The notes: generated by a model from the sequence alone, not told the origin. A stretch of 64,000 nucleotides of DNA from Dendrobates tinctorius (GCF_039654945.1 NW_027361869.1:7006001-7070000); one strand, 5' to 3'. Counted from the first letter of the stretch, positions 1-15,584 are shown. Program-made: numbers and translations.

Positions 1-1531
1 TGATTTTGTGGTTTCTTTTCTTCCTGGAACTAAGAATGTCAAGGCAGACGCCCTCTCTAGGAGCTTCTTTGCTGATTCTCCTGTGGTGACCAAGCCTGCT
101 ACCATCTTAGGCGAAGGGGTAGTTCTTTCTGCCATCTTGCCCGATTTGAGACGTGCTCTGGAAGAGTTCCAGGAGGACAAACCTGAGCGTTGTCCCAGTG
201 GAAAGTTGTATGTTCCTGACCAGTGGAAGAAGAGAGTGATGTCTGAAGTTCATTGCTCTGCTTTGGCTGGTCATCCAGGTATTTTTTTTACTAGAGATCT
301 GGTGAGTCGATCTTTTTGGTGGCCCTCCTTGTCTCGTGATGTCAGGAATTTTGTGCAGTCCTGTGGGACGTGCTCCCGGTCTAAATCGTGTTCTCGCTCT
401 AGTGGGTTGTTGATGCCTTTGCCTGTCCCCAAGAGGCCATGGACCCATATTTCAATGGATTTCATCTCTGATATGCCTGTCTCTCAAAGGATGACTGTTA
501 TTTGGGTGATTTGTGATAGGTTCTCTAAGATGGTTCATCTTGTACCACTCCCTAAGTTGCCGTCTTCCTCTGAGTTGGTGCCCCTGTTTTTGCAACAGGT
601 GGTTCGCTTGCAAGGGATTCCTGAGAACATTGTATCTGACAGAGGAGTTCAGTTTGTGTCTAGATTTTGGAGAACTTTCTGTTCCAAGCTGGGAATTCAG
701 TTGTCCTTCTCCACTGCTTTTCACCATCAGACCAATGGGCAGACAGAGAGAACAAACCAGACCTTTGAGTCATATTTGAGATGTTTTATTTCTGCTGATC
801 AGGATGATTGGGTTTCATTTTTGCCCTTGGCCAAATTTGCTTTAAATAATGGAGCTAGTTCTGCCACTTTGATGTCACCTTTTTTTGTAACTTTGGGTTT
901 CATCCTCGATTTTCTTCAGGGCAGGTGGAGCCCTCTGCCTGCCCAGGTGTTGACACTGTGGTGGAGAGAATGCACCAGATCTGGGACCAAGTGGTGGATA
1001 AGTTATCTCTCTCCCAGGAAAAGGCCCAGCGGTTTTCCAACCGACATAGGACCATTGGTCCCCAGTTTAAGGTTGGTGATATGGTGTGGCTATCATCAAA
1101 AAATATTGCTATGAAGGTGGCTCCTCCTAAGTTTAAGCCTAGATTTATTGGACCTTACAAGATTTTGGAGATTATTAATCCGGTCTCTTTTCGTTTGGCT
1201 CTTCCTGTCACATTTAAAATCCATAATGTGTTCCATAAATCTTTGTTGAAGAGGTTTGTTGAACCTGTTGTTCCGGGGGTGGCACCTCCAGACCCTGTAT
1301 TGGTTGAAGGTAACATGGAATATGAGGTAGAAAAATACTGGATTCCCGTCTGGCTAGACGGAGACTCCAGTATTTGGTTAAGTGGAAGGGTTATGGTCAG
1401 GAGGATAATTCCTGGGTCTCTGCCTCTGATATTCATGCCAAAAGATTGGTGCGTGCCTTTCATCGGTCTCACCCGGATCGCCCTGGTGGCATGGATGAGG
1501 GTTCGGTGACCCCTCCTCAAGGGGGAGGTAC
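1..1531 (+). mobile_element. Ty3/Gypsy chromodomain-type LTR retrotransposon, 3' part of pol (RNase H end, integrase, chromodomain), frameshifted
   Basis: ORFs 8..1114, 925..1509 and 1374..1670 give ADALSR, zinc finger H..GHPG..C..C, core SMDFI/IVSDRG/QTNGQTER, GPY motif and chromodomain YEVEK..VKWKGYG..DNSW; polypurine tract AAGGGGGAGG at 1519-1528. Confidence 0.92.
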
Positions 1532-2325
1532 TGTTGTGAGTTCATTTTCCCCTTCACTACTGAGGCCCGATGAACTCCCTCTTCTGGTAAAGAAAGGTAG
1601 TGAGCCTGATTATCAAGCACCTGAGCCTAATGATGATGACTGGCTGAGTGGAGTTACTGACTGGATATAAGGCCGCCGACGCCCTTCTGCCCTGCGGGTG
1701 AATTCTCTGTGGGATCCTTGGAGACCAGTCTGAATTCCTGCTCTTCTAAAGCTAAGTTTTCTGCTCGGCTTTTTGCATTTGTGCTTTGACTTTGTTTTGC
1801 TTTGTTTTTCTGGATTTCTGCCATTCCCTGCTGGGGTGAGCTGAATTCCTTTAGCTCTGTCTTCTGAAAATACCTGAGTGCTGATTTAGTTTTTGAAGCC
1901 TAGCTGCTTCAGGGTCTTTTTCCATATCAGCTTGTTGGCTTATGTCTTTGATAGGGTTTTGGCAGATTGCAGACAGCAACCTTTCTTTCCTGTTCTGTTT
2001 AGTTAGCTTGGGCCCCATCGTTTGCTCAGCCTATATTTCTATCTGTGTGAGTGTTTTTTCATCTTGCTTCAGCGTCATTATATGTTGGGGGCTGCCTTTT
2101 ACTTTGGGGTCTGCTCTGGGGCAGTTTAGATTTCCTTTTCTGTCTTTAGCCTAATTAGCTCTCTGGCTGTGATCGAGGGGTCTAGGGCACCGTAGGAACC
2201 CCCCACGGCTACTGCTAGTTGTGTTGATAGGTTCAGGGGTCTTCAATCTGATAGTTGCCAACTTCTCTTTTTTTCTGGACGTAGCTTCTATTTTTGTGTC
2301 TGCCTCCTACGGTGACTCAATCACA
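1532..2325 (+). mobile_element. 3' LTR of the Gypsy element
   Basis: Starts TGTTGTG just after the PPT, TATA-like GGATATAA near 1664, ends ..ATCACA next to the satellite; right end approximate. Confidence 0.7.
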
Positions 2326-5300
2326 CCAGTTGGCACTGATCATACAGCTCAGCAGGGAGTAGGTGGTGGCTCTGATCATACAGCTCTGCGGGGACAAAGT
2401 GTATGCACTTATGTTACAGCTTTGCGGGGACAAGGTGGTGGCACTGATCATACAGCTCTGCAGGGAGGAGTTGGTGGCACTGAACATACAGCTCAGCGTG
2501 GACAAAGTGGTGGCACTGATCTTAAAGCTCTACAAGGATGAGGTGGTGGTACTAATCATACAGCTCTGCAGGGAGGAGGTGGTGGCACTGATCATACAGC
2601 TCTGCGGGGACAAGATGGAGGCACTGATGATAAGGCTCTGCAGGGATGATGTGGTGGCACTGATCGTACAGGTCTGCAGGGATGAGGTGGTAGCACTCAT
2701 CATACAGCTTTGCGTGGACAAGGTGGTGGCACTGATCATATAGCTCTGAGGGGATGACGTGGTGGCACTGATCAAATAGCTCTGCAGGGATTAGGTGGTG
2801 GCACTGATCATACAGCTCTGCAAGGAGTAGGCGGTGGCACTGATTCAACAGCTGTGCGAGAAGTAGGTAGTGGTACTGATCATACAGCTCTGTGCTGACC
2901 AACTGGTGGCACTGTTCATGCGGTGACAAGGTGGTAGCACTGATTATACAGTTCTGCGGCGACAAGGTGGGGGCACTGATCATACATGTCTGCAGGGAAA
3001 AGGTGGTGGCACTGAACATACAGATCAGCGCGGACAAGGTGGTGGCACTGATCAGACAGCTCTACAGGGAGGAGGTTGTGGCACTAAACTGGTTTGCAGG
3101 GATGAGGTAGTGGCACTGATTATACAGCTCTGCAGTGAGAGGTGGTGGCACTGAAGATACAGCTGTGCAGGGGTGAGGTGGTTGCACTGATCATACAGCT
3201 CTGCAGGGAGTAGGCGGTGGCACTGATCATACAGCTCTGCGGGGACTTGGTGGTGGTACTGATCATACAGCTCTGTGCTGACCAACTGGTGGCACTGATC
3301 ATACAACTTTGTGGTGACAAGGTGGTGGCACTGATTATACAGTTCTGCAGTGACAAGGTGGTGACACTGATCATACACCTCTGCGGCGATAAGGTGGTGG
3401 TACTGATCATACAGCTCTTCAAGGACCAGGTGGTGGCACTGATCATACAGCTTTGCGGGGACAATGTGTTTGCACTGATTATACATCTCTTAAGGTATAA
3501 GTTGGAGGCACTGATCATGCGGTTCTTCAGGGATGAGGTTGTGGCACTGATCATACAGCTCTGCAGGGATGAGGTAGTGGCACAGATCATACAGCTCTTC
3601 AGGAATGAGGTAGTGGCACAGATCATACAGCTCTGCAGAGAGGAGGTGGTGGCACTGATTAAACAGCTTTGCAGGGATGAGGTAGTGGCACAGATCCTAC
3701 AGACCTGCAGGGACAAGGTGGTGGCACTGATCATACAGCTCTGCAGGGACAAGGTGGTGACACTGATCATACACCTCTGCGGCGATAAGGTGGTGGTACT
3801 GATCATACAGCTCTGCAAGGACCAGGTGGTGGCACTAAACCGCTGCACGACCAGCTCTACCCTCGCCTACTGTATTACCACCCATCCCTTGAAGATTGTG
3901 AGCCCTCGCGGGCAGGGTCCTCTCTCCTCCTGTACCAGTTATGACTTGTATTGTTTAAGATTATTGTACTTGTTTTTATGTATACCCCTCCTCACATGTA
4001 AAGCGCCATGGAATAAATGGCGCTATAACAATAAATAATAATAATAATAATAATAATCAAACAGCTCTGCAGAGACGAGGTGGTGGCACTGATTATACAG
4101 CTCTGCAGGGAGGAGATGGTGGCACTGATCATACAGCTCTGCAGGAAGTAGGAGGTGGCACTGATTATACAGCTCTGTGTGGATAAGATGGTGGCACTGA
4201 TCATACAGCTCTGCAGGGAGGAGTTGGTGGCACAGATCACACAGCTCTGCAGGGATGAGGAGGTGGCACTGATCATGCAGCTATATAGGTAAGAGGTGAT
4301 GTCACTGATCATACTGCTCTGCAGGGAAGAGGTGGTGACACTGATCAAACAGCTTTGCGGGGACAAAGTGGTTGCACTGATTATACATCTCTTAAGGTAT
4401 AAGTTGGAGGCACTGATCATGCGGTTCTTCAGGGATGAGGTTGTGGCACTGATCATACAGCTCTTTAGGGATGAGGTAGTGGCACAGATCATACAGCTCT
4501 GCAGAGAGGAGGTGGTGGCACTGATTATACAGCTTTGCAGGTAGGAGATGGTGGCACTGATCATAAAGCTCTGCAGGGAGTAGGTGGAGGCACTGATCAT
4601 ACAGCTCTGCGGGGAGAATTTGATTGCACTGATCATACAGCTCTGCGGGGAGAATTTGATTGCACTGATCGTACAGCTCTGCTCGGACAAAGTGGTGGCA
4701 CTTATGATACAGCTTTGTGGGGACAAGGTGGTGGCACTGATCATACAGCTCTGCAGTGACTAGGTTGTGGCACTGATCATGCAGTTCTGCAGGGATGAGG
4801 TGGTGGCACTGATCATACAGCTCTGCAGGGAAAATTTGGTGACACTGATCATACACCTCTGCGTCGACAAGGTGGTGGTACTGATCATACAGCTGTGCAA
4901 GGACCAGGTGGTGGCACTGATCATAAAGCTCTGCAGAGAGGAGGTGGTGGCACTGATTATACAGCTTTGCAGGGAGGAGATGGTGGCACTGATCATACAG
5001 CTCTGTGGGGACAATTTGATGGCACTGATCAAACAGCTCTGCTCAGATAAAGTGGTGGCACTTATGATACAGCTTTGCGGGGACAAGGTGGTGGCACTGA
5101 ACATATAGCTCAGCGTGGACAAGGTGGTGGCTCTGATCTTAAAGCTCCACAAGGATGAGGTGTAGGTACTAATCATACTGCTCTGCAGGGAGGAGATGGT
5201 GGCACTGATCATACAGCTCTGCGGGGACAAGATGGTGGCACTGATCATGAAGATCTGCAGGGATGATGTGGTGGCACTGATGATACAGGTCTGCAGAGAT

Positions 5301-8300
5301 GAGGTGGTAGCACTCCTCATACAGCTTTGCAGGGACGAGGTGGTGGCACTGATCATACAGCTTTTCATGGACAAGGTGGTGGCACTGATCAAACAGCTCT
5401 GCAAGGACGAGGTGTTGGCACTGATCATACAGCTTTGCGGGGACAATGTGGTTGCACTGTTTCTACATCTCTTTAGGTATAAGTTGGATGCACTGATCAG
5501 GGATGATGTTGTGGCACAGATCATACAGCTCTGCAGAGAGGAGGTGGTGGCACTGATTACACAGCTTTGCAGGGAGGAGATGGTGGCACTGATCATACAG
5601 CTCTGCTCGGACAAAGTGGTGGCACTTATGATACAGCTTTGTGGGGACAAGGTGGTGGCACTGATCATACAGCTCTGAAGTGACGAGGTTGTGGCACTGA
5701 TCATGCAGTTCTGCAGGGATGAGGTAGTGGCAGCGATCATACAGCTCTGCAGGGATGATTCAGTAGCACAGATCATACAGCCCCGCAGGGATGAGGTGGT
5801 GGCACTGATCATACAGCTCTGCAGTGAAAAGTTGGTGACACTGATCATACACCTCTGCGGCGACAAGGTGTTGGTACTGATCATACAGCTCTGCAAGGAC
5901 CAGGTGGTGGCACTGATCATAAAGCTCTGCAGAGAGGAGGTGGTGGCACTGATTATTCAGCTTTGCAGGGAGCAGATGGTGGCACTGATCATACAGTTCT
6001 GTTGGGACAATTTGATGGCACTGATCATACAGCTATGCTCGGACAAAGTGGTGGCACTTATGATACAGCTTTGCGGGGACAAGGTGGTGGCACTGAACAT
6101 ATAGCTCAGCGTGGACAAGGTGGTGGCTCTGATCTTAAAGCTCTACAAGGATGAGGTGGAGGTACTAATCGTACAGCTCTGCAGGGAGGAGGTTGTGGCA
6201 CTGAGCAAACAGCTCTGCATGGAAAGGTGGTGGCACTGAACATACAGCTCAGCGTGTACAAGGTGGTGGCACTGAACATACAGCTCAGCGTGTACAAGGT
6301 GGTGGCACTGATCAGACAGCTCTACAGGGAGGAGGTAGTGGCACTGATCATACAGCTCTGCCGGTATGAGGTGATGGCACTGAAGATACAGCTCTGCAGG
6401 GATGAGGTGGTTGAACTGATCTTGCAGCTCTGCAGGGAGTAGGTGGTGGCACTGATCTTAAAGCTCTGCGGGGACAATTTGATGGCACTGATCATACAGC
6501 TCTGCTCACACAAAGTGGTGGCACTTATCATACAGCTTTGTGGGGACAAGGTGGTGGCACTGATCATGCACTTCTGCAGGGATGAGGTAGCGGCACCGAT
6601 CATACAGCTCTGCAGGGATGATTCAGTAGCACAGATCATACAGCCTGCAGGGATGAGGTGGTGGCGTGTCACTGATCATACAGCTCTGCAGGGAAAAGTT
6701 GGTGACACTGATCATACACCTCTGCGGCGACAAGGTGGTGGTACTGATCATACAGCTCTGAAGGGAATAGGTGGTGGCACAGATCCTACAGACCTGCAGG
6801 GACAAGGTGGTGACACTGATCATACACCTCTGCGGCGACAAGGTGGTGGTACTGATCATACAGCTCTGCAAGGACCAGGTGGTGGCACTAATCATACAGC
6901 ACTGCAGAGACGAGGTGGTGGCACTGATTATACAGCTCTGCAGGGATTAGATGGTGGCACTGATCATACAGCTCTGCAGGCAGTAGGAGGTGGCACTGAT
7001 TATACAGCTCTGTGTGGATAAGGTGGTGGCACTGATCATACAGCTCTGCAGGGAGGAGTTGGTGGCACTGATCATACAGCTCTGCAGGTAAGAGGTGGTG
7101 TCACTGATCATACAGCTCTGCAGGGACAATGTGGTTGCACTGATTATACATCTCTTTAGGTATAAGTTGGAGGCACTGATCATGTGGTTCTGCAGTGATG
7201 AGGTTGTGGCACTGATCATACAGCTCTGCTCGCACAAAGTGGTGGCACTGATCATACAACTTTGCGGTGACAAGGTGGTGGCACTGATTTACAGTTCTGT
7301 GGCGACACGGTGGTGGCACTGATCATACAGGTCTGCAGGGAGGAGGTTGTCGCACTGAACATACTGGTTTTCAGGGATGAGGTGGTGGCACAGATCATAC
7401 AGCTCTGCAGAGAGGAGGTGGTGGCACTGATTATACAGCTTTGCAGGGAGGAGATGGTGGCACTGATCATACAGCTCTGCAGAGAGTAGGTGGTGGCAAT
7501 GATCATACAGCTCTGCGGGGACAATTTGATGGCACTGATCATACAGCTCTGCTTGGACAAAGTGGTGGCACTTATGATACAGCTTTGTGGGGACAAGATG
7601 GTGGCACTGATCATACAGCTCTGCAGTGACGAGGTTGTGGCACTAATCATGCAGTTCTGCTGGGATGAGGTAGTGGCACCGATCATACAGCTCTGCAGGG
7701 ATGTTTCAGTAGCACAGATCATACAGCCCTGCAGGGATGAGGTGGTGGCACTGATCATACACCTCTGCGGCGACAAGGTGGTGGTACTGATCATACAGCT
7801 CTGCAAGGACCAGGTGGTGGCACTGATCTTAAAGCTCTGCAGGGATGAGGTGGTGGCACTGATCATACAGCTCTGCAGAGAGGAGGTGGTGGCACTGATC
7901 ATACACCTCTGCGGGGACAAGGTGGTGACACTGATTATACACGTCTGTGGCGACAAGGTGCTGGTACTGATCATACAGCTCTGCAGGGAGGAGGTGGTGG
8001 CACTGATCATACACCTCTGCAGCAACAAGGTGGTGGCACTGATCTTAAAGCTCTGCCGGGATGAGGTGGTGGCACTGATCATACAGCTCTGCAGAGAGGA
8101 GGTGGTGGCACTGATTATACAGCTTTGCAGGGAGGATATGGTAGCATTGATCATTCAGCTCTGTGTGGATAAGATGGTGGCACTGATCATACAGCTCTGC
8201 AAGGACGAGGTGTTGGCACTGATCATACAGCTTTGCAGGGACAATGTGGTTGCACTGATTATACATCTCTTTAGGGATAAGTTGGAGCCACTGATCATGC

Positions 8301-11143
8301 AGCTCTGCAGGGATGAGGTTGTGGCACTGATCATACAGCTCTGCAGGGATGAGTTAGTGGCTCAGATCATACAGCTCTGCAGGGATGAGGTAGTGGCACA
8401 GATCACACAGCTCTGCAGGGACGAGGAGGTGGCACTGATCATACAGCTCTGTGGTGAGGAGGCGGTGGCACTGATCATAAGGCTCTGCAGGGACAAGGTT
8501 GTGTCACTGATCTTACAGCTCTGCAGGGAGTAGGTGGTGGCATTGATCATTCAGCTCTGTGTGGATAAGATGGTGGCACTAATCATGCAGCTCTGCAGGT
8601 ATGAGGTGGTGTCACTGATTATACAGCTTTGTGGGGACAATGTAGTTGCACTGATTATACATCTCTTTAGGGATAAGTTGGAGCCACTGATCATACAGCT
8701 CTGCAGGGACGAGGAGGTGGCACTGATCATACAGCTCTGTGGAGACAAGGTGGTGGCACTGATAATACACCTCTGCGGTGACAAGGTGGTGGTACTGATC
8801 ATACAGCTCTGCAGAGAGGAGGTGGTGACACTGATCATACAGCTCTGAAGGGAATAGGTGGTGGCACTGATCATACAGCTCTGTAGGGATGAGGTGGTTG
8901 CACTGATCATACAGCTCTGTAGGGATGAGGTGGTTGCACTGATCATACAGCTCTATGGGGAGGAGGCGGTGGCACTGATCATAAGGCTCTGTAGGGACAA
9001 GGTTGTGTCACTGATCTTACAGCTCTGCAGGGGTGAGGTAGTGGCACAGATCACACAGCGCTGCAAGGACCAGGTGGTGGCACTGATCATACAGCTCTGC
9101 AGGGACGAGGAGGTGGCACTGATCATACAGCTCTGCGGGGACAAGGTGGTGACACTGATAATACACCTCTGAGGCGACAAGGTGGTGGTACTGATCATAC
9201 AGCTCTGCAGAGAGGAGGTGGTGGCACTGATCATACAGCTCTGAAGGGAATATGTGGTGGCACTGATCATAAAGTTCTGCAGTGACGAGGTGGTGGCACT
9301 AATCATACTGTTTTGCAGGGAGGAGGTGGTGGCACTGATCATACAGCTCAGCAGGGAGGAGGTGGTGGCACTGATCATACAGCTCAGCAGGGAGGAGGTG
9401 TTGGCACTGATCATACAGCTTTGCGGGGATAATGTGGTTGCACTGATTATACATCTCTTTAGGGATAAGTTGGAGGCACTGATCATGCAGTTCTGCAGGG
9501 ATGAGATAGTGGCTCAGATCATACAGCTCTGCAGGGACGAGGAGGTGGCACTGATCATACACCTCTGCGGCCACAAGGTGGTGGTACTAATCATACAGCT
9601 CTGCAGGGATGATTCAGTAGAACAGATCATACAGCCCTGTAGGGATGAGGTGATGGCACTGATCATACAGCTCTGCAGGGAAAAGTTGGTGACACTGATC
9701 ATACAGCTCTGCTCGCACAAAGTGGTGGCACTTATGATACAGCTTTGTGGGGACAAGGTGGTGTCACTGATCATGCAGTTCTGCAGGGATGAGGTAGTGA
9801 CACCGATCATACAGCTCTGCAGGTATGATTCAGTAGCACAGATCATACAGCCTGCAGGGATGAGGTGGTGGCACTGATCATACACCTCTGCGGCGACAAG
9901 GTGGTGTTAATGATCATACAGCTCTGCAAGGACCAGGTGGTGGCACTAATCATACAGCTCTGCAGAGACAAGGTGGTGGCACTGATTATACAGCTCTGCA
10001 GGGAGGAGGTTGTCGCACTGAACATACTGGTTTGCAGGGATGTGGTGGTGGCACAGATCATACAGCTCTGCAGAGAGGAGGTGGTGGCACTGATTATACA
10101 GCTTTGCAGGGAGGAGATGGTGGCACTGATCATACAGCTCTGCTCGGACAAAGTGGTGGCACTTATGATACAGCTTTGTGGGGACAAGATGTTGGCACTG
10201 ATCATACAGCTCTGCAGTGACGAGGTCGTGGCACTGATCATGCAGTTCTGCAGGGATGAGGTAGTGGCACCGATCATACAGCTCTGCAGGGATGTTTCAG
10301 TAGCACAGATCATACAGCCCTGCAGGGATGAGGTGGTGGCACTGATCATACAGCTCTTCAGGGAAAAGTTGGTGACGCTGATCATACACCTCTGCGGCGA
10401 CAAGGTGGTGGCACTGATTATACAGTTCTGCGGCGACAAGGTGGTGGCACTGATCACACAGGTCTGCAGGGAAAAGGTGGTGTTATTGAACATACAGCTC
10501 AGCGCGGACAAGGTGGTGGCACTGATCAGACAGCTCTACAGGGAGGAGGTTGTGGCACTAAACATACTGGTTTGCAGGGATGAGGTTGTGGCACTGATCA
10601 TACAGCTCTGCAGGGAATAGGTGGTGGCACTGATCGTGCAGCTCTGCTGGGACAAGATGGTGGTACTGATCATAAAGCTCTGCAGGGATGATGTAGTGGC
10701 ACTGATCATACAGGTCTGCAGAGACGAGGTGGTGGCACTGATCATACAACTTTTCGTGGACAAGGTGGTGGCACTGATCAGACAGCTTTGCGTGTACAAG
10801 GTGGTGGCACTAATCAGGTAGCCCTGAGGGGATGACGTGGTGGCACTGATCAAAAAGCTCTGCAGGGATTAGGTGGTGGCACTGATCATACAGCTCTGCA
10901 AGGAGTAGGCGGTGGCACTGATCATACAGCTTGCGTTGACAATGTGGTGGCACTGATTATACAGTTCTGCGGCGAAAAGGTGGTGGCACTGATCATACAG
11001 CTCTGCATGTAAAGGTGGTGGCACTGAACATACAGCTCTGCAGGGAAAAGGTGGTGGCACTGAACATACAGGTCAGCAGGGACGAGGTGGTGGCACTCAT
11101 TATAGAACTCTGCAGGGGTGAAGTGGTGGCACTGATCATACAG
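2326..11143. repeat. 36-bp satellite array 1 (~240 diverged units), related to the histone 3'-processing signal
   Basis: Consensus GGTGGTGGCACTGATCATACAGCTCTGCAGGGANGA; 12-aa periodicity in ORF translations. Confidence 0.97.
3838..4057 (+). mobile_element. L2/SINE-type 3' fragment inserted in the satellite
   Basis: L2-type 3' end GATTGTGAGCCCTCGCGGGCAGGG...GGCGCTATA followed by a (TAA)n tail; resembles the 3' end of the L2 at 55158. Confidence 0.75.
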
Positions 11144-12167
11144 GCCAAAAATGGGGGACGGGGTATGGAGTATGGCATGCGGATGGAGAGCACATTGATG
11201 CTGGAACCAGCGCGTCGCCTATCACGCTCCCCCATCAGTACATAGGTTTTCATCTGTGCTTTTTTTTTTTTAGTAATTACAGAAAAGCAGGAGGATTTGT
11301 GGTTTATTGGCTTAATTAATTTTCTTCTGTTACATAATATTTGTTCAGTGAACCTGCGGATAATTACACTACACTAATGTGGGGTTAACCCTCTGTGTAG
11401 CTCTAGGACTTTTCACCAATGATGGCAATTAGCTCGATCTGCACGTGCCGCAATCTCCTCAGTCACTTACAGTATTATCGGGACTCCCAGCTGTTTCTGC
11501 ACTGATTACAGGGGGCTATAAGCAGCAGATGTTCTCGAGGAGCCCGATGTGAGATGAAGGTGGCGCATCTGTGAACACTGGTAAATAAGAGGGGATCAGC
11601 AGGAACAAGGCAAGTAAGAGGTTAAACAGAGGAGGAAAGGCGTCTATGTACATCGCTGAAGGCTGAGGGCGGCGCTTAACCGAGGATTCCCGCTCATTGT
11701 CTGATCGCAGGATCCGTTTGGGGATTTGAACTTCCCGCTCTTCTTCCGCCGAGGATTATTAGCGGACATCACAATCCGGTCACACAGAGAACCGCGCAGA
11801 GTCCGGCCCTCCAGAGCCGCCATCACGGGATCGCCCTCCGGGAGGAGCAGCAGTCACTGATGTGGACAATCACCGGCCGCCATCCCCCGATACTCCGGGA
11901 CGTGATAACCGCATGTAATCTCCACAGCGGAGTCAGGGGCCCGAGTATCAAGACATTCACTAATGAGGGACATTTCCTGTGACTATTCGAGGACTCCTCT
12001 CCCCACACAGGTCTGAGGCTTCATGTGATAACCCAGACATGGGCATCCTCAGTGTTTTGTGTTGAACCCCGGAATCAAGTGTGTATGGGCACCAACCTAC
12101 AAACTGGTGGCGGCAGCCCGTGGTGCCTAACGTCAGTCCCATGTGAGCACGCAGAGATCAGCGGCGT

Positions 12168-12208
12168 CAGCTCTTGTGGCGACGGTGTGGGTGGCTCTTA
12201 GAAGAGCC
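12168..12208 (-). terminator. H2A 3' stem-loop and HDE
   Basis: Minus strand GGCTCTTCTAAGAGCC (12193-12208), ACCCA, then AAGAGCTG (12168-12175). Confidence 0.93.
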
Positions 12209-12241
12209 TTTGGTGTTGTGGACAGAGATCGGCGGCAGCGC

Positions 12242-13329
<1,088 letters not shown>

Positions 13330-13363
13330 TCTGCTCAGTCTGCTGCTCCGCCATCACCCCAAA

Positions 13364-13405
13364 GGCTCTTCTAAGAGCCACCACCCCATCTCCATCAGAG
13401 CTGTG
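13364..13405 (+). terminator. H2B 3' stem-loop and HDE
   Basis: GGCTCTTCTAAGAGCC (13364-13379), ACCACCCCATCTCCAT, CAGAGCTGTG. Confidence 0.94.
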
Positions 13406-15082
13406 GCTGCTCCTGTGTCCTTTCCCGTCTCCCCGAGTTGTCTGCTCCACCGCCTGGGTCTCTGCGTCTAGTGACGGGAAGTGACAGGTGAAGGAAGTAG
13501 GGATGATGAATGCTACCAAGGAGATTGTGAGAACCGAGGACCTTCTAAATAATAACCTGGTCACTTCTCCATAAGTTGCTCTGTGTTCAGGGACTACTCT
13601 TTAACCCCTTGCTCCACAGATCTTGATATTCTGGGGTCTCATTCATTTGGTATAACATGATTCGGTTTAGTTCATGATACACCATGATGACTAATAACAC
13701 TTTCTAAGCCGGGATGCTTTGAGACTGAATTTTCTCCCCCATGCAGCACCAGACAGTGAGCTGACGATTTTCCTCTCTGCACTTAGTTCATGATTCTCGT
13801 GTTTTTCCTCAAATAACAGGAGACATTTGTAGTCGGTGCAGTTTTATCTAGAGATTATGCTGGAGTCTTCACTGTAAAGGGAAGCGGTGACGACATTTTA
13901 GAAGCAGCGGGAAATTCAAACCCCCTAACCGTCCTGTGTTCAGCCAATCCGCAGAGGGAGGGGAGGAGCTAATGTTCCCAATGGTTGACACGTTTGCAGT
14001 TCCCGCTTTTTCTGTTCTTTGTCTCCATATAACGCGCGGTCCCAGGACGGAGCGATGTCGGGGAATCTGCAGGTGTTGAGAGGTCGCTGGTCGCTTACAT
14101 CCCATACAGGAGTCTGCAGCTGTTCCTGGTTAGAGAATGAATCCGCGTTAGGCAGATGCTGTGATGCCCCGTGTGTCTGACCTGCAGGCGATCACATCTC
14201 CCTTTCTCGTCATAATCCGTATTGTGGAGACAATATATTGGCTAGAGATGTATCCTACAAGAGACATTTCAGGGGAGACCAATTCTGCTCTTCCAAGCAG
14301 ATCCCACCTGCAGCTCCAGGCAGGAGGTCTGTGATGGGAAATGTGCGATCATGTAGAGAAGATTGCCGAGAGCTCAGTGCACAATACATTACACTGTGAT
14401 GTCAGGATCCTCTAGGTCAGACATGTCATGACATCATCTCCCATCACATCCTCCTCACAGATGTTTTTTAAATAATTACTGCAGGATATGGGGCGATATT
14501 GGCGGCTGGGATCAGTCAGGATCACTGCTGAGCTCTGATTTTCAGCCTTTTCTGTCATTATGTTAATAATTGTTTTTCCTAATTAATTGTAGCTGACAGC
14601 AGGTCCCTACTCTGCAGCAATGTGAGCTATGATGTGGTGGAAAAAAGAATCATTGCCAGGGGAAGAAGAAAACACAAATATAAGGACAATAGTGTCATAA
14701 TTGCCCGAAGTAATGATGACTCCTATCATAGCACAAATGTCCCTAATGCGGGAATATAAGACCTGAATAAAGGCAGAGAGGGCTTAGCCCTGGGGTTAAT
14801 ATAAATGTAATATTCTCTATGAAAACCGGAGATCCTGTGATTACTGAGGACTGAGCCTTATATCAGGCAGTGTATCTACCGGTGTGAGATCCCCTGGGCG
14901 GCTGCCTGTAATATCTGTGGTTACAGTCTGTTCTGTCCTCCTGACATATACTGGGGCCGAGTCTGCTCCCCTCTATTTGTGCTGCCCATTTATCTATAGG
15001 CTGAATCTGGAATAATTCTCATCACAGGGGAAGAAGTGACATTATATTACAAGCTGGAAAGAAAAGGGAAACTGAACAATGA

Positions 15083-15225
15083 GCGGGAAATTCAAACTCT
15101 CCAACAGTTCTGTGCTCAGCCAAACAGCAGAGGAAGGGAGGAGCTCATGTGGATTCTGTAAGCCCCGCCCTGGGGCGCGTCATCTCTGCAGTTCTCTCTC
15201 TGGTCCGTCTCTCCTGTATATAAAG
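15083..15225 (+). promoter_or_regulatory. H4 promoter
   Basis: GCGGGAAATTCAAA (E2F/CHR-like), GC box CCCCGCCC, H4 site-II-like GGTCCG near 15202, TATATAAA near 15217. Confidence 0.8.
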
Positions 15226-15245
15226 GAGGAGTCGTTCGGTTTTAG

Positions 15246-15584
<339 letters not shown>

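Noticed and set aside
2326-11143. Satellite plus strand as U7 snRNA gene copies (shares TACAGCTCT)
   Set aside because: No U7 Sm site or 3' hairpin; the match is just the complement of the HDE
2221-11253. Many long ORFs (VVALIIQLCRDE, MISATTSSLQSC, GGGTDHTALQ repeats), also at 20656-21607 and 22948-24043
   Set aside because: They follow from a 36-bp unit with few stops; open in several frames on both strands with no gene structure
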